This document shows, piece after piece, positions 1 through 12,940 of a DNA stretch of 64,000 bases. The position numbers and the translations under genes are program-made. Source of the stretch: Phoronis australis. Its lineage: Eukaryota > Animalia > Phoronida. The stretch is taken from NCBI GenBank assembly GCA_002633005.1, contig NMRA01000892.1, positions 44,460-108,459 on the forward strand. The letters are read 5' to 3'. The notes below the pieces were generated by a model, which saw nothing but the letters and a program-made list of their open reading frames with translations, was not told the DNA's origin and did no database searches. How positions within the stretch are numbered: the stretch's first letter is position 1; each line of letters starts with the position of its first letter.

Positions 1-675
1 GGAGAGGGTTCCGCTGGAGACAAATCTCTCTCCATCCTAGCTACATGTGCATGCACGCCCCTCAGGATGTACACAGAAGTCTGTGCCCTGACTGTTGCAT
101 ACTTCTGTATGCATTATACATTGTTCCTTGCTAGTTCAAAGGCTTAGTTTTGGCCCTTATATTTACCGTCAATCTTAATGAAGTTGTACTTAACAAAATA
201 GACACAGTGTATAATGTTCGTCTTATTCACTGTCTTAATCATGTTTTCTGAACTTAGAATAAGTAATGCTTGTGTAAAAATCTTTCACCTCCATTTTGGT
301 TGAGATGATGACTTCTGATGAGAGACTGATCATCTTTCACATATATCATTGTGATCATCGTTCACGGACTCTTTTTGGTCAGTAACAAGAATTCGTATAA
401 ATTACTAGGGCTGATGAAAAAATTTAAATCTTATATTACACCTTTCGTTAATATTGATTCTTATCGACATCTGATAACATGCCTTACCACTCTTAGAAAC
501 ATTAAAAATTAACCTACTTTAAAGAATTGTTTGTAATAAATTTAATCACCCGTAATTGATTGTGTACACCTGTCGTGCACGCGCAGATATAGTGCCTGTG
601 TACCCTTGGCCTGCACGCTCAGATATACATATATATAGTGGGACAAAGGGACATATCCCACTACTGCTCCACCGA

Positions 676-1489
676 TAGAGGGTACCGTCTGAAATGGGAT
701 ACCTTAAGATTAAAGGCCAAACATCATTAAGCTTGGAAAAAAGTGACAGTTCGTTCCACCTTTGTCTGGTCCCAAAACGATGCAGGGAGTGACCTCCTTC
801 ATCATGAAAGCACGATTTCACAAAAAACAGGAAAATAGAGGTAATCGATTCCAACATTGGGCCGTTTCACCTTGAGCGGCCCCGTAAGAATTTCTTAATA
901 AAACACAAAAAGGTGGCCACTTGAAGGTCATCAATTTCCTCCTTCAAAACCGGCCCCTAAATATGAAAATATCTATATTCTCAAATATCAGGAAATGCAC
1001 AGCAATTGATGTTATACATGTATGTCAGGTCATCAATTTTTTTCAATTGATATACAGTTTCGAGAAAAAAAAAATATAGCGAAAGTTGTCTCCGTTATCC
1101 CTTGCCAGAGAGGGGCCTCTAGAAAAATATAGTTTTGCATTCGCAAAATTGACGTATCAAATTTAAACATAAAGTGAATTAGTACGCTCTGCAAAAGCTT
1201 CGCTTTACAAATTCTCTCGATTTTTTGAAATATATGTGTGCGTTTAGACGACCTGTGCTGCAAAAGCGAAGACCCTATCGACAGTGTCTTGGCCAGGGTC
1301 ATCAAAGGTAAAACATGCACTGATGCAGATTTGTTAAATGTTCTCTTGAATTTTCTCTCTTATCCGTTTTTGACAGTTTTTCTTTCCTCGACTGTCCCCG
1401 GCACCACGCCTATGTGGGTTTGCCACGGTTTAACCCAGACGCTTGATTTTTTTTGCGGAGGCCCGTGCCCCCCGTTACCTACGGCTCTG
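676..1489 (-). mobile_element. ~0.8-kb non-autonomous DNA transposon (CAGGGCCGTAG-type end); second copy at 57375-58138 in opposite orientation
   Basis: Aligns by eye along its length to the reverse complement of 57375-58138 (e.g. gtaccgtctgaaatgggataccttaagat vs atcttcaggtgtcccatttcagacggtac; ctacggctctg vs cagggccgtag). No clear TSD. Confidence 0.75.
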
Positions 1490-1849
1490 GAACTGTGTGC
1501 AAATTTAGTGACACATTTCAAATTTCCTGGTTGCTGATACTTTTTTATGCATAATTTATAAAAAGTTCCACATCTAGAGTGCGAAATTGTGTTTCCACGA
1601 CATCATTTAACGTTAAATTTTACCACGCCGTCAGCAATTCAATATAACCTTTATCTTGGTGCAATTTCACGCAAGTCGTATTTGTAGGTTGATTCGATTT
1701 TACCACCTTTCAATAGTTGAACAAAAGTTGATAAACCGATATCAAGACCGAAGTTTCCACTGGTGAACGAAAAGCGAAAAGTTGAATGTCTGTTTGGCCA
1801 AAGTTCACCCGCTAAGTCATAAAATGGTTATTGCCCACCGAGGACACTG

Positions 1850-2070
1850 TCCGTGACGCATAATCCGAATTGGTCGTCTATTTATGCTAGGCGACCACTT
1901 TGCCGACCCAAATGCCGACCCAAGTGCCGACCACAGAGGCGACTTAGCAGACGGCTCCTAGCAGACCATTGTTGCCAGACTGCTGGTCGCCGGCTAGACG
2001 GCCGTTCATCGACCGGTCGCCGACCAATTTCCGACCGGTCGGATAAAAATTCCTTATGTGTGCCTGTAGG
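1850..2070. repeat. Terminal fragment of EnSpm/CACTA-like element (GCCGACC subterminal repeats, ...TGTGTGCCTGTAGG end)
   Basis: Multiple gccgacc/ccgaccggtc motifs and the same terminus as 27895-28073 and (inverted) 20913-21015. Confidence 0.6.
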
Positions 2071-2439
2071 TCTAACCATAATATAACACGTTACGTGAAA
2101 GTGACACAACTGCTTTCTTCCCTCCTTTCAACCATTGTTTATGTTGACAACTCTTTTTGTTTTCTGAAGAGCAAAGTTAAATGTCACACTATAGTATCAG
2201 TTGGATTGTACTATATTTTGTATTTGTTAGCTGGTAGCAAAGTAGTTAAAATGCAATGCGCCCTGCTGAGCTGACAAATTGGGCCTTTCATGCTCATCAA
2301 AACTTTCACGTATTATTCAATACTGTGATAAGTTCTTTAAAATGTTTGTTTCAAACCACCCCAGATACATGTACAAGAACATGCAAAGGACTGGGTAGTG
2401 CAACCCTAAAACTGGGAAATTGAAAACAGACCATGTACA

Positions 2440-3659
2440 CATTGACTCTGAAATAGGGTACTGTCATGTTAAGAATCACTATGAGATTGATTTTGTGAAA
2501 GTACTAAAACGCCTAATTTGTTTTTCTTTTTTCTTCATCAGCTAAACAGGGCGTAATGTACTTTTAAACATAAAGCGTGTGGGCATATACATGTAGGTGT
2601 CAATCAGACTGATGTATTATTATGTACTTACTCCGGAAGCAAGGAGACGGATTGAATACTCTGTGGCAGCTGGAGGTTTCACTAAGAGAAAGCGAAATCA
2701 TAAGAATGAAATCTGGCTTACCAAAGTATGATTTTCCACTAAAACTCTCTATTATATATACACAATTAAGATTTCAGAAAAGAATTGACGGGAAGAATAA
2801 ATTAATTGTGTGCTAGAGATGAGCACGGTAATGGTTCGGTAAAACCCAAAGTGCTTCAGTTTAGAATTCATAAATGACAGTTAGGAGCACGGGTAATGCA
2901 CAGTTACTTTAACCGTCAACAGTATATGAATGAAATATATTTTATAAATAGTCAACAAGGCGACTTAAAATGTTGAGCAATTAAGGACACATATCTTCCT
3001 TGTCGTACTCAGTGGCGTGATGCCTATCTGAGTCATATTCGTCATCATCATGCATGGGCAGCGCACCATAGGAGGTTTAGAGCCCCCCACTTATTTTCTT
3101 CAGCTGCGCACCCATGGGGGGCTGGCAGCTATAGCCCCCTTCCTATTTCAGTGCTGCGCCGTCCATGGTCTGGTCTGCAATGAACGTAACAAATGGGTAT
3201 ATGCAAGGTCCAAATTGGAGTAAGACAAAGTCTCATTGTATACACAAATCTTTTTTGCAGAATGAAGCCACAAAAATCTATTAGTACTGGTTAAAAAGAT
3301 ACAATTATAGGACAACTCCATTTCAGACATGTATAGTTGTAGAGAAGACAACCAGTGGCCTTAACTAAGTAAGCATACAGTAAGTTCTAAAACAGAAACT
3401 ATATTTAAGTTGTGAAAGTACGAATTGCGTGCATATGGGAATTTTACCACGAATGTCGACTGCTGACTATTGAATACATACGCTTAATTGTAGTAATATC
3501 CTTTACCATCTGTAAATATGCCATACTGATCTTCAAAATGACAAAGATTTGCTGCTACTAATTTTTGTAGAACAGGTCTGTGTCATGCACTAATAGTATT
3601 TAGCCCCTTACGTTTATTCAGCAACAGTGTCTACAAGGATGCGATAGTTCAATCTGCAG
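2440..3659. repeat. Interspersed repeat family A, left part (continues at 9777-10145 after the 6.1-kb insertion); uninterrupted copy at ~28480-29795
   Basis: Co-linear diverged match with 28480-29447, e.g. atgagattgattttgtgaaagta / atgagattggtgttgtgaaagta and tccaaattggagtaagacaaagtc / tctaaattggagtaagagaaagtc. Confidence 0.75.
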
Positions 3660-5718
3660 CAGGCCCGTAGCCAGGGGGGGGGGGGGGGTNGATCGAGCCC
3701 ACCCGCGGAAAAGGTCCAGCCCAGCCTCTCCGTTAAAGCTAGGATAGAGCTGAACGACAACAACAAATTTGTTGCAGGTACTCGTACTTTATACTAACTA
3801 AAATGATAACCAAGCTGTTAATAAGTTCTTTGTCATGGCCTGTGGTTTTACTGTTATGTAATTACATAGTAACTTGCATAGTGGTGATCACGTCCTACCA
3901 ATAATGGAACTTTCTAGGGTAAACTTTCATGAAACATAAACCCTAGGGTTACACGCATTTACTGACTAGATGTGAGTCCATCTTTTCCAGACATCGCAGG
4001 CACAAAGGTTATTTGTCATTTTCCTTAGCTGCAGATTATTTGTTGAACAAATTTGATGTGGTGCTTAGTCCTCTTACTGGCACTCATATTTTGTGAACCA
4101 AGTTGCTTACCTGATTTGTGCCCTTTGTGTTGTATATTTTACACGACCTTCTGTGGTATTATTATTTCAGAGAGCGTGTTGATGCCCTTCCGTATAGTTG
4201 TATTCTGAAGTGTTTTGTATAGATATTTTATTTTTCTTTCATAGATAAATAATAGATATGCAAGTTTCCGTCTACAGTTTTTCCTGTGGCACATAGCGTG
4301 ATGCACAGTCGTTAGTAACTGCATAGCAGCCCATCATATATTTAATAAAAAAACTTTTCTTATGCTGCGTGACACTCTGAATTTCGGATATTGGAACTGT
4401 GTCATTTTGGACATGTTCTGCACCTTCTACAGACTGCGAGTATTTACTTTTTGCTTCTGCTTATGTCTCCATTTAAAAGGGATTTTAATCAATTCTTGCT
4501 TTATACTTTGTCTTCATAGTGATTCGCAAAGTGATGCTCTGTCTCTTTTAACTATAACGCCCCCTTTTGCTCAAGCCGCCTGTTATGTTTGTAAAAGCGG
4601 TTTAATTTCAATACATTTTCAAACTAACAACCTGGCGTCCTTCTAATGTGATTGGCAATCTCATGTCACACCCTTTTTGTTTCACGCGGTGCAATTACAT
4701 GTACATCCAAGTTTGCCTGCCTGTTATTGGTTGAGCTACTCATACTGTACTTAATTTCGATATTAACCTTACCTACCAGTTAAATGTTGATATCTTACTT
4801 TATGGTCCAGAGGACGAAACATTCGAAAATTTGCCAAATGGTATCACTCAAGCAGTCTATGGGACTCCCATGAACCAGACACAATGCTACCGCCGTTGTT
4901 GTTTAGACTAACCTGGGTAGTATAATCTTTCTATTTAGAGAAAAACATGTCCAATTTCTGAGAGCAATTTTGCAGAGAGTTCCCCTAACAGCTAATGCTT
5001 CCTGGCCCCCCAGCCATTGTCGCAACGCCCACCCTTTCTGGTGCGCAAGTTAATTGATCCACCCTCAGATTTATAAATAGTCTCCGATCCACCACAATAC
5101 CAACAGTTGTGACTAACCTCCTGACCTGAGCACATAGCAACTTGAACGTCACTTAGCTTCTGCTGAGCTATCATAGCTCATACACGGTGCATTGCATTCG
5201 TAATAATAGAGGGCACTAAACTTGGGGAACGAAATTGTGCACTAAACAGGCTGAATTTCACCAGGGTTTGCTCTGATATGAGTGGGGGTCAGTTGTGTCC
5301 GGGGACGGCTTGGCCATTGGGTGGCTTAACCCTGGGAAGGCGCGCGGCCGGGAGTGCTGGGTGACCCTGTAACGTACGATGCTCGGATGGAAGCTACCCC
5401 AGGTCCTCCAGGTATATTTGTGTCTGCACTGCCATGTAGTTCAATTTCCCTTGTAGTTAAGATATAGCTGTGTCTGGTACGTGGGTGCGGTATGGCGTCA
5501 GTGGAGGGTCTTGTCATCTACAGCGACCACATTTCCGGCTCTATGGTTTCCCAGGGTGTGGCTGGGTTGCGAGCTTTGAGGGAGAGGTACTGTACTGCCC
5601 ATCGTGAGGTATCCAACCTGTCCCCCGGGTGATGTGCCCCAAGTCACACGTCTTGCCTGCATTCTGGAGGGGGGTTGAGATTCATGGAGGCAAATCCGAG
5701 AAAGGCGTCGGTCCATTT

Positions 5719-5870
5719 CCAGTGGCGGATCTACGGGGGGGGNCCCCCCCCCCTCGGGCCGGGACCCGAAAATTAAACAAAAAAAAACGTCTCCAGCAAA
5801 ACAAAAACGGCAACGCCAGCGTGTGTAAACCCCGAGTAAACCAACTTGGAAAAAATGAGGGGGGGTTCAC
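5719..5870 (+). repeat. CAGTGGCGGATCTA-terminus hAT-like element end; related copy inverted at ~37200-37346
   Basis: cgtctccagcaaaacaaaaacggcaacgccagcgtgtgtaaa matches the reverse complement of tttacacacgctggcagtgccgtttttgttttgctggagacg. Confidence 0.7.
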
Positions 5871-6599
5871 TCTTAAAATATATTTTTTTTCATTGTGAAT
5901 TGCTGTTATGAAAATCAACGCGTTTCGAGTCTTCGTGGCTCATCGGCAAAACCCCGGAGATCAATTGTGCGCTCGCTTCCGACGACACTTCTGAAGTAGC
6001 AAAGCATTTTAGATGGATGCACCGCTGAAAATGCAGCTCTATAGCTGATTTCTTTAGGTAACTAGTTTCTAAGATATGTTTTGATTTGATTAGGGGAAAT
6101 ACTGTGGTGCCGCAACCCTGATATTCAGGCGAATTGATGGGCAACGTTTTTACCTCATCTGTCATGCCGTGTCATCCTATTACATCCCACACGTTTGTAA
6201 CTCGAATTTGACTTGTGTATTGTAAAGTTGTCTTGCGCAATATCATACAGTGTACATGTACATGTAATACTTTTGAAAAAAAATCTCGTTTTCCGAAGAA
6301 TTGCTATTGTGGCAGGCGCCGTGGTCTGGTCGCGAGTCTGTTTGAAGATCATGGCACTCTAACAAGTTATGACTATACAAGGAATGACCAAAGGGGCACA
6401 CACATTAACAAAGTGACCGCATTCGCGAACAGTGTACAGTACCAGAAATTGCGGGGAGGCTGTATTTTCACAACAAAGTCTTGCGGGACTCGTGCGATGT
6501 TCAATGGGCCTTCTAAGGAGCCCTAGTGCCGACCTCAACACCTACCGTCTTTCTACGTGCAATAAGTACACGGAGGTTTTCTATACTGGGAAGTTCCCC

Positions 6600-7042
6600 C
6601 AGAAAGGCCCACCCGACGAAACGCCCATGCCCTTGAGCATTTATTTGATGTTAGTACTTCGGGTTTCAAGCGTTCACACATTGGGACGTTTATTTAAAAA
6701 ATTGCAAGAGATGCAAATGGATCCTGGGATACATCGTCAAGGTTTGAAGTAGTCCATGACGAACGGAACAAATTTAGTTGCGCATGCTGTAAGTCTTTTG
6801 AATGGACTTGGTACCCTCAGGGGGCTTAGTGCCAACTGAGCTGCGAAACGAGATGCTGCATTGTAGAGGTGGACAAGCTCATTGACGCAACAGTTGACGA
6901 AGTGCAAGCGTTGGGAACAAACATCGAAGATATCTGGGTAGAATGGTTCTAAGACAAGCAAACCATTGGATCCGATAAACAGATTCCTCGGCAGTCTTGG
7001 CAGCAGGAAGATATGACCAACGTTCCTGGAGAAACACCCAGG
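6600..7042 (+). pseudogene. Degenerate hAT transposase fragment (ZMYM1/THAP12-like)
   Basis: Plus-strand translation with stops and frameshifts gives ...LLNGLGTLRGLSA.../VEVDKLIDATVDEVQALGTNIEDIWVEWF*DKQTIGSDKQIPRQSWQQEDMTNVPGETP. This resembles the LS..LQ...D/PR...RQ..R.NVP..TP region of THAP12/ZMYM1-type hAT transposases (recognised from memory, not searched). Confidence 0.6.
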
Positions 7043-9776
7043 TAATAAGTTATAATTATTCACAGTTTGTAATAATGTCGGTTTTTTATGCTTGTGTACA
7101 ATGAAAACGAAATAGAAATTAATTTTAGACATGCCAAATTTACCCAGTACACCAGAGGGTCTACAAGCGCACAGAAACTGATTCTGGTTTGTATTTCCAC
7201 ATGAGTCTATCTGCTTCATATCCAAAATCTTATTTCACGTAGTGCGTAGTTAAATCTGTACCCAATACTTGTTTCTTCCAGTGAGTACTACAGAACGGTG
7301 CGAAAACCCTTCCTTAACCTCTCGCAGCAGTTGACCACCAGATGTGTAAACTACACGTATGAGGATTAAAACGTGTGTAGAGAGAAGTTTCAATTCGAAA
7401 TTTTTTGCAAAGTACGCTTTAGGTCTCACGACGGACCAGGCTAGCTTGATTTGTGTAGATATCGAGTTTCAGTGTACTTCTGGTCCCTCGGCGAACTAGT
7501 CTTGTGATGTTTTTTTACCAGAGTGTGCTTTGTAAAACTATTTATCTCAACCAGTACTGTTTGGTCCCGCGACAGATCGACTATTTTTATAGGGATAATA
7601 AGCACAGGTGTACTTTTGGGCTCGTGACGGACCAGGCCAGAGTTTTTGTGTACTTTCAGTGTACATCTGGTCCCTCTACGAACTAGGCCTACTCCTGTAG
7701 GCCTATATATTTTCACCACGGTGTAGGCTTACAGAGTGTTTTGGTTTCGTGAAACTGTTTTCAGATGATTTGTTTCCTGATACATTTGACGTTTTTCAAT
7801 TGTTGTCAACGTGATTCAGCTTAATAAAGTGATACTTAATTGTTTATTGTTGCTTTTAGTAATAGACTATGAGCTGAGAGCACCATCGTTCGCCAGTTTT
7901 TCTCGTAACGAGACAGAACACATGTTTATTATCGGACTAAAAGTACAGGTCTTCATTCTTTAACAGCTTGAGGCTGTTGCGATCATCTGATATTCAAGTT
8001 TTTACGCCCCGTGGGTGCTCCTTATGCTCTTCAATGTTTGGTGGCTGTCTAAACCCCTGTATACACACCACACTTTTTCGTATGCTAAAAAGGTGCGTGT
8101 AAGCAGATAACAAAAATTTTTGCTGCTGGTGTGACTCATACCCAGATGTACACAAATATGGTTTCACGAAACTTATGAGCCAAGTTCATGTGACGAAATC
8201 GATAAGGTTTTTAATTATCTTAAGAAAAACTCCAGGGACAAGTTAAGTGCCAGAAACGTACCAGGATGCATGGAAATTTCACTGTTTGGCTACAAAAACA
8301 AAAAGTTGTCTTACACGGGAGGGGGGTTTCCGTTCTTTTAAATTCAATACACGTCGACGGTAAGTTCACTATTGGCAGTCCTTCGTCGTTACTCAAAAAC
8401 CATACATTTACCTACCGTGTTTTCTTGTACTAAGAAGACCCCGACAAGCATGGTCACATTATTAGGGAAAAGTAGCTCTAGACCTAATAAAACATTAGTC
8501 AATGACTAAAGTCTTCTCTTGTCAGTCATTGTCAATGGTGCACAACCTTGCAGATTTCATGCGAGCAACAAACTTAATTGAGAATGTTACGGTTACAGGC
8601 ACTATTCCGAGGGGTTCACTATTCAGAAGGTTCTGTACTCTCAAGGTTTGTTATCTTCAAGAGTTCCTTATTTCGAATGTTCACAATTCCGAAAACAGAA
8701 TTCCGACAGTTTAGTACTGTGATTGCCTCCTAACGAGTCGTGACTGGGATGAATAAAGTGTTGTATTTGTTTCCATTTAATAACCATTTAAAGAGTGTGC
8801 AAGAGTTGATTAGTTATTAAACATTGATTATATTGTTTTACAAATGAGCTCAGTTCCAATTACTGCCAATCGTGATTAGGTACGAGTCCACGAGACCACC
8901 AGCCATTAAATTAATAAGCAGTTGATATTATTTTGGTTATGCAAATGGTTTGTTATTGAAATGTATTGAATAAAGAGTGAGTGATTTACTACCAACATTT
9001 AGAAATTCTACCACATAACCCACTAACACCGTTTTGAACCAATGTTTTTGCAATGTCATAAGTCATCTGCACGCATTGTTCAGAGTAATAGAATGAAACT
9101 TTTCCTAAATAAATGAAATAGCTTGGTTATTTTAACAAACAATATAAGTATTGTCAGTCAACCTGCTAGATATACATTTTGGCACAACACTATGTACAAA
9201 AACGGGATCGTTAGGGCAGCAAGTAAAAAAGTAAAAACATTTCATTAAGTCTTTGATTTCAACATTGTTCACTTATATACATGCACTTTGCACGTTGCAC
9301 CTGAGTTTTTACCTTCTGAATGTTTCATAACATGTGGAAAATACGAACGTAAAATTACGAACATAAAACTACAAGCGAAAATATGAATGTAAAATTACGA
9401 GCGCACAACTGCTTCAGAGCTCACGTAACCAACAAACCAATTTCTCATTGGATAAAAGTATTTCTTGTCGTAAAATACGAGTGAAGTGTCTGTCGTAATT
9501 ACGCGCGACACTTTCATCCGTACGGCCCGCGAAACATTCTGGGCCAAATTACATCCGAATTTGAGCTGCGTTATTTGCGAGCAACCGTTACGGCATCCTG
9601 ATTTCTGCTATTACATATCTCATGTTATCTCAGGGAAATAGAGCTGAGCGCCCCCTAATTAAGCTGCTTCAAGGGCCTTATCGAGAACTCAACAGTGTCG
9701 ACGTGTGCAGAATATCAAAGGTCCACCGTTCTAGAAATTCGAACCACTGCCCCGCGCAATGCTGGCTACGGGCCTG

Positions 9777-10145
9777 TGCAGGACCATGCCAGCAATTTTA
9801 TATTCTTTTGTTGGTATCCTAATGTACTTTCTTGCTTTGTCAACATGGGTTGAGTTTCATGGATTTTTTAAAATATTTAAGTTAATAAGAATAATTTAAA
9901 AATTGGGCATGGCAGGCTAATTCCTTATCACTGTCATTGCTCGTCAAATTAGCTAAAAACACAATAGCGATGGTTTGAACACGAAGTAGGTTGCAAATTG
10001 CCAAATGGTTTTGAGAACGTGTTATGTGGCAAAAATATTTTCCAAAAATCACTGAACCTTGTCCAATAAGTATCTTGTCGTGGTGCTGGGGAATAACACT
10101 ACATGATGCCGGCTATTTGGACCCGCAAGGTATGTCATTAGTGCA
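9777..10145. repeat. Repeat family A, right part; further copies at 29443-29795 and (inverted) ~45765-45970
   Basis: Shared aaaatcactgaa...aagtatcttg.cgtggtgct.gggaataac...gatgccggctatttggacccg block in all three copies. Confidence 0.75.
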
Positions 10146-11267
10146 AGAGTCAACTATCTGCAAAATTGTTTCCACGTTTACAAATTGTCACTGAATACAA
10201 CTGCACTTTGTGTTATAGCGTGGATCTTGTTAAAGTAGCATTATCACCTAATTCCTGATATACATTAGAACACGTACTTAAGATCATGCAAATACATCTC
10301 TGAAGTTCCAGTTCCGTCATTGAAAGCGATTTTCTTTGTTCATATTCAGGGAGGAAGCACTTTTCTGATGCGAGAATTTACATACTGGCATGTAATTACA
10401 TATACTAAAATCATGGATTAAATGGATTTGACTGATTCCTTCAGCAGAATGATTCCACGAACTTGATTTACTTAACTTGTATTTTGCGATTTCAGCTTTA
10501 CCTATAGCACTGCGCGGGATGTTGCAGTGCTCTTATCTGATTTAACTGTGGACACATTTTGGGCAAGTGCAGTTGAAATTCTCCTCAATTAGCAATTATT
10601 TTTGTAAAAATTTCTATACACAGATTTCGTGTTTTCTCCAGTGTCATATACCCCAATTTATAGGAATTTCGAAAAATAGGAGGTCGTGCTCTATGTCATT
10701 TTACCATAGATTATAGACAACGGATTCGGAACTCCGGCATTTTCTTACGTACTATCCAAGAGGCGCCGCCACTCCCCTGACCTTTCTGGTACAGTTTCCA
10801 GTTAGTGTATTTTGACGAAAAACATTTACATATACATTACTGTCCAGTACAACGAAAAAAAATTTAATTTTGGCATTGAAACGCTGTTCAAAGTCTTTCA
10901 ATAGTAGAAGTGTTGGTATTGTGAGTACTTTTGGCAATGCTACTGGTAATTAATTACAAAATTCAAGATTCGTTGCCGACTGATTATGTCGTCTGCTTGC
11001 TCAATAGCATAGCAGCATAGTTATCGGACAGTTTGTGATTTATGCTTCACATAGGCCTACTGAGAAAACTACGAAAGCATGTTTGTGCACAAATTCCAAG
11101 GAGTACCTGTGAATGCAAAAGATACTTATATAACGTTTTTGGTTTAGAAAAATATCAATTATGTTCGAATTGAAAAATGCACTTCTGCAACGATTTGACT
11201 ATTTTAACCTTTGCATGTTTATAATTCAACATTCTCAAGTGAGCAGTTCTTCTGGGAAGTGTTGAGT

Positions 11268-11283
11268 GGCCCTTAAAAGGGCC
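11268..11283 (-). promoter_or_regulatory. Histone 3'-UTR stem-loop (distal), copy 1
   Basis: Minus strand reads CCAAC-GGCCCT-TTTA-AGGGCC-ACTCA: 6-bp stem, 4-nt UUUN loop, canonical flanks. An AGAAGAACTG purine tract follows about 10 nt downstream. Confidence 0.85.
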
Positions 11284-11308
11284 GTTGGTTGTAGGTATAG
11301 CGTGAAAT

Positions 11309-11324
11309 GGTTCTTAAAAGAACC
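11309..11324 (-). promoter_or_regulatory. Histone 3'-UTR stem-loop (proximal), copy 1
   Basis: Minus strand CAAT-GGTTCT-TTTA-AGAACC-ATTTC, a perfect 6-bp stem 10 nt after the TGA stop at 11337-11335. Confidence 0.65.
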
Positions 11325-11334
11325 ATTGAGTAAT

Positions 11335-11428
11335 TCAACATGAATAACACAGTATACCATGCTCACTCAAGTACTGAAGGTCCTTTTCGTTCAAGTTTTC
11401 ATCTGGGAAGGCTGGATGAAAACAGAGG
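11335..11428 (-). pseudogene. Truncated 3' end of PHD-finger-like ORF (copy 1)
   Basis: Translates LCFHPAFPDENLNEKDLQYLSEHGILCYSC*, homologous to copy 2. Confidence 0.55.
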
Positions 11429-12732
11429 TTATGATTGTTGATCATTAAATGAATGAATGACGTGAATGAATGACATCCAGATAATGTATCTTAACATGGG
11501 CTTCACAAAACAGCTTTAAAATACTTTTCATTCAATAGCCACTTTCAAGACAAATTGGTGTAAATGACAGCAGTCGATGTTCTGTATTGTTTTGTGTTTA
11601 ACTGAAACATGACCAGAGGTCGGGTCTTTATATTGTCAAGCTCCTGCGAAATTGCAACGTTTAATTCACAATTGGGGTGCATGTACGCATCCAGGGGGCT
11701 CGGAGGGGGTCTCGAATGAGATCCCATATTAGACAAAGTGGACAAATAGCTCCGACAGCAGAGAAACAAACAAATCCGAAAATGTAGAACACGAGACAGA
11801 ATGACACCACTAAAATGGCAGGAACTGTCAAAAATCAGCGAATGCACAAATCACAGCTCTGAACGTACTCCGTGAATCTTAGAAAAAAATGCACATTCTG
11901 AAAATTTTGAGCCACCCATTTTTTAGGCTCGGTGCGCGCATGAGATGGATTGGGCAAGATTTCATGTCAAAATATGACAATGCTTCGGTCTCAATTGGAA
12001 TAACAGCTGATTCTACAAATGGATTGTAATACCACATAAAGGTAGAGATCCACTCGTAGCCATTACTAATTCTAGTAGGGCACGCCACAAACACACCGAA
12101 TTGTGTCATAATGAAAACTCTTAACATTGACTTAGCTTGCGGATGCTATTCTCATAAAGTTATTTTATTTGATTTCTTATCAAAAATAAATATTAAACGA
12201 ATAACTAATGCAGGAAGCGTGCAACTGTACTTTATTATAGAAATGTTTTGGAATAAAATAAAGTCAACGTTGCCGCACCCCAGCTCTGTCGACTGTGATT
12301 CCGGGGCCCTGTCTGCAATCTCAGGCTCATACTCATACTCGAGATTTCATACTCAAAATTGTGCTCACTGGTGTCGTACTCAAAAAGCGTATTTAATGTC
12401 GCATTTTGAGTAGACTCTAAACGTAATCAAATCTGAGAATCGTACACGAGTTGCTATGGAACTCTTCAGTTAAGATGTGAAATGCAAAACCACAAAAAAT
12501 CGTGCTGATTCAGCGCTCCCTATATTCGCATCGACTACCATAGCAACTGCGTTATCGTCAGCTCTCGTTACAATTGACCTATCGCCAGGATTATGACGGA
12601 CGGCTTAATTGACCAATCAGAACGCAGCATTCTTGGCACACTTTCGTCTGCGTTTCCAAGCCGCCATTTTACCCGACAAACCAAACGCAGTCAGTAAAAT
12701 TTACTTTAGTCTATAGCTCAAGAAACTGTTGA

Positions 12733-12940
12733 TATGACGTGTGTAGCACCAACAGCCGTTGTGCTGCTCCAGAATAATATCCCGTCATTTTTGGCATGTC
12801 CTAAGCCGAAAAATGATGTTGAAAAGCGTAAACTATGGATCAAACTGTACGGCCACACGAGCAGCTGAACTTAGCGATGTTGCTTGATAACTCGAAGGCT
12901 ATAATAAACACAAATATACATGTATTAGTTCCAAGATACG
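12733..12940 (+). pseudogene. Degenerate THAP-domain fragment (transposon-derived)
   Basis: ...CPKPKNDVEKRKLWIKLYGH../QLN.../NKHKY resembles the FPKP....KC..WIK.CGRPH.QLN...KH.YVCSKHF pattern of invertebrate transposon THAP domains; frameshifted. Confidence 0.5.

Larger units (their letters stand above)
3660..9776. mobile_element. 6.1-kb composite DNA transposon, 15-bp TIR CAGGCCCGTAGCCAG, 5-bp TSD TGCAG (hAT-like)
   Basis: TIR at 3660-3674 and its reverse complement at 9762-9776; TGCAG at 3655-3659 and 9777-9781; the paralogous empty site with a single TGCAG is at 29443-29447. Confidence 0.85.
10705..11430 (-). mobile_element. Repeat unit B, copy 1: begins CATAGATTATAGACAA, carries the 3' end of a PHD-finger ORF plus two histone stem-loops
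   Basis: Co-linear with 17575-18250; similarity starts abruptly at CATAGA (transposon-like terminus) and stops near 11428. Confidence 0.75.

Noticed and set aside
1-545. Possible last exon and 3' UTR of an upstream plus-strand gene (open frames to ~147, AATAAA at ~535)
   Set aside because: Too short, and no recognisable protein in any frame.
4990-5718. GC-richer segment resembling an LTR-retrotransposon remnant
   Set aside because: No gag, protease, RT or integrase motif could be identified.
6737-7225. 162-aa minus-strand ORF
   Set aside because: Antisense shadow of the decayed plus-strand hAT transposase; no domain of its own.
11335-11411. Reading the ENLNEKDLQYLSEHGILCYSC* segment as the terminal exon of the PAN gene (phase-1 cag acceptors exist in both copies)
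   Set aside because: Copy 2 continues upstream in the same frame into a PHD C-x2-C-x4-H-x2-C motif, the segment lies in a repeat 16-23 kb away, and closer acceptors exist. Not formally excluded without RNA data.
11260-11430. Histone gene upstream of the stem-loops
   Set aside because: No H1, H2A, H2B, H3 or H4 coding sequence was recognisable upstream of either stem-loop pair.
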